Source of the DNA: Vicinamibacterales bacterium | GTDB taxonomy: Bacteria > Acidobacteriota > Vicinamibacteria > Vicinamibacterales > UBA2999 | Assembly (NCBI GenBank): GCA_041659285.1 | Contig: JBAZYO010000002.1 | Coordinates: 105,284-169,283 of the forward strand | Direction of reading: 5' to 3' | Length of the DNA stretch: 64,000 nucleotides | Shown: positions 63,910-64,000 of the stretch, piece by piece | How the letters are laid out: every line of letters begins with the position of its first letter | How positions within the stretch are numbered: the first letter of the stretch is position 1 | Made by a program: the position numbers and the translations under genes | The notes under the pieces: model-generated | Database searches by the model: none | Seen by the model: the letters and a program-made list of their open reading frames with translations, nothing else | Told to the model about the DNA's origin: nothing

Positions 63910-64000
63910 CTACAAAGTCAGCTGCTTGATCCGGACCAGGTACGCCAGCACCTCGGCCACCGCGCCAAACAAGTCGCCGGGAATCGCCTCGCCCACGTCG
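63910..64000 (-). CDS. flhB: FlhB C-terminal fragment (gene continues beyond the window)
   Basis: The reverse frame reads DVGEAIPGDLFGAVAEVLAYLVRIKQLTL*, which matches the conserved FlhB C-terminus. This ORF is not in the supplied track because it is under 60 aa. Confidence 0.7.
   Translation of the reverse strand, partial: DVGEAIPGDLFGAVAEVLAYLVRIKQLTL

Noticed and set aside
62418-63929. A 503 aa plus-strand ORF opposite flhA.
   Set aside because: It is a low-complexity Arg/His/Gln/Asp-rich translation. FlhA on the minus strand is unmistakable.
1-64000. A search for CRISPR arrays, tRNA or rRNA genes, transposases, integrases, long direct or inverted repeats, and recognisable phage-defence systems.
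   Set aside because: Reading the intergenic regions and the ORF translations, I found none. The only addiction or defence-type element is hipBA. A computational repeat or tRNA scan was not possible here and could still reveal short elements.

Overview
This is a high-G+C bacterial chromosome segment. The flgH and flgI L- and P-ring genes imply a diderm cell envelope. Almost the whole window is one motility super-locus with four blocks. (1) 1-17.5 kb, mainly plus strand: a glycosylation island with methyltransferases, WbqC, five GT-B/GT2 glycosyltransferases, two Maf-like DUF115 proteins and an AsnB-type amidotransferase. A hipBA toxin-antitoxin pair interrupts it. (2) 17.5-27.0 kb, minus strand: an 11-gene chain with overlapping stop/start codons that encodes a pseudaminic-acid-like (Sps/Pse-type) nonulosonic acid pathway, with motA-motB embedded in it. 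(3) 27.1-38.8 kb: a chemotaxis operon (cheA, cheW, membrane protein, truncated-haemoglobin/PAS/PAS MCP, cheY, cheB, cheR, cheX) followed by an ABC1 kinase and YbaN, with a convergent HDOD gene. (4) 39-64 kb: fliC-fliD-fliS on the plus strand, then a roughly 22 kb minus-strand run (flhB', flhA, flhF, fliA, fliM, fliN, two unusual genes, flgF, flgG, flgA, flgH, flgI, flgJ, flgM, flgN-like, flgK, flgL, fliW, csrA, GNAT, response regulator, hybrid kinase, REC-Cys4 regulator). I found no rRNA, tRNA, CRISPR or transposase genes. The most unusual items are: a zinc-ribbon protein carrying a tandem MshEN-type c-di-GMP motif, split by a frameshift, between fliN and flgF; a truncated-haemoglobin-coupled soluble MCP next to a His-rich DUF420-like membrane protein; motAB coupled inside the sugar operon; a GNAT gene coupled to csrA; and four sigma-28-type promoters sharing T(C/A)AA(G/C)-N14-(G/C)CCGAT. 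All functional calls come from reading motifs by eye. No database search was run.
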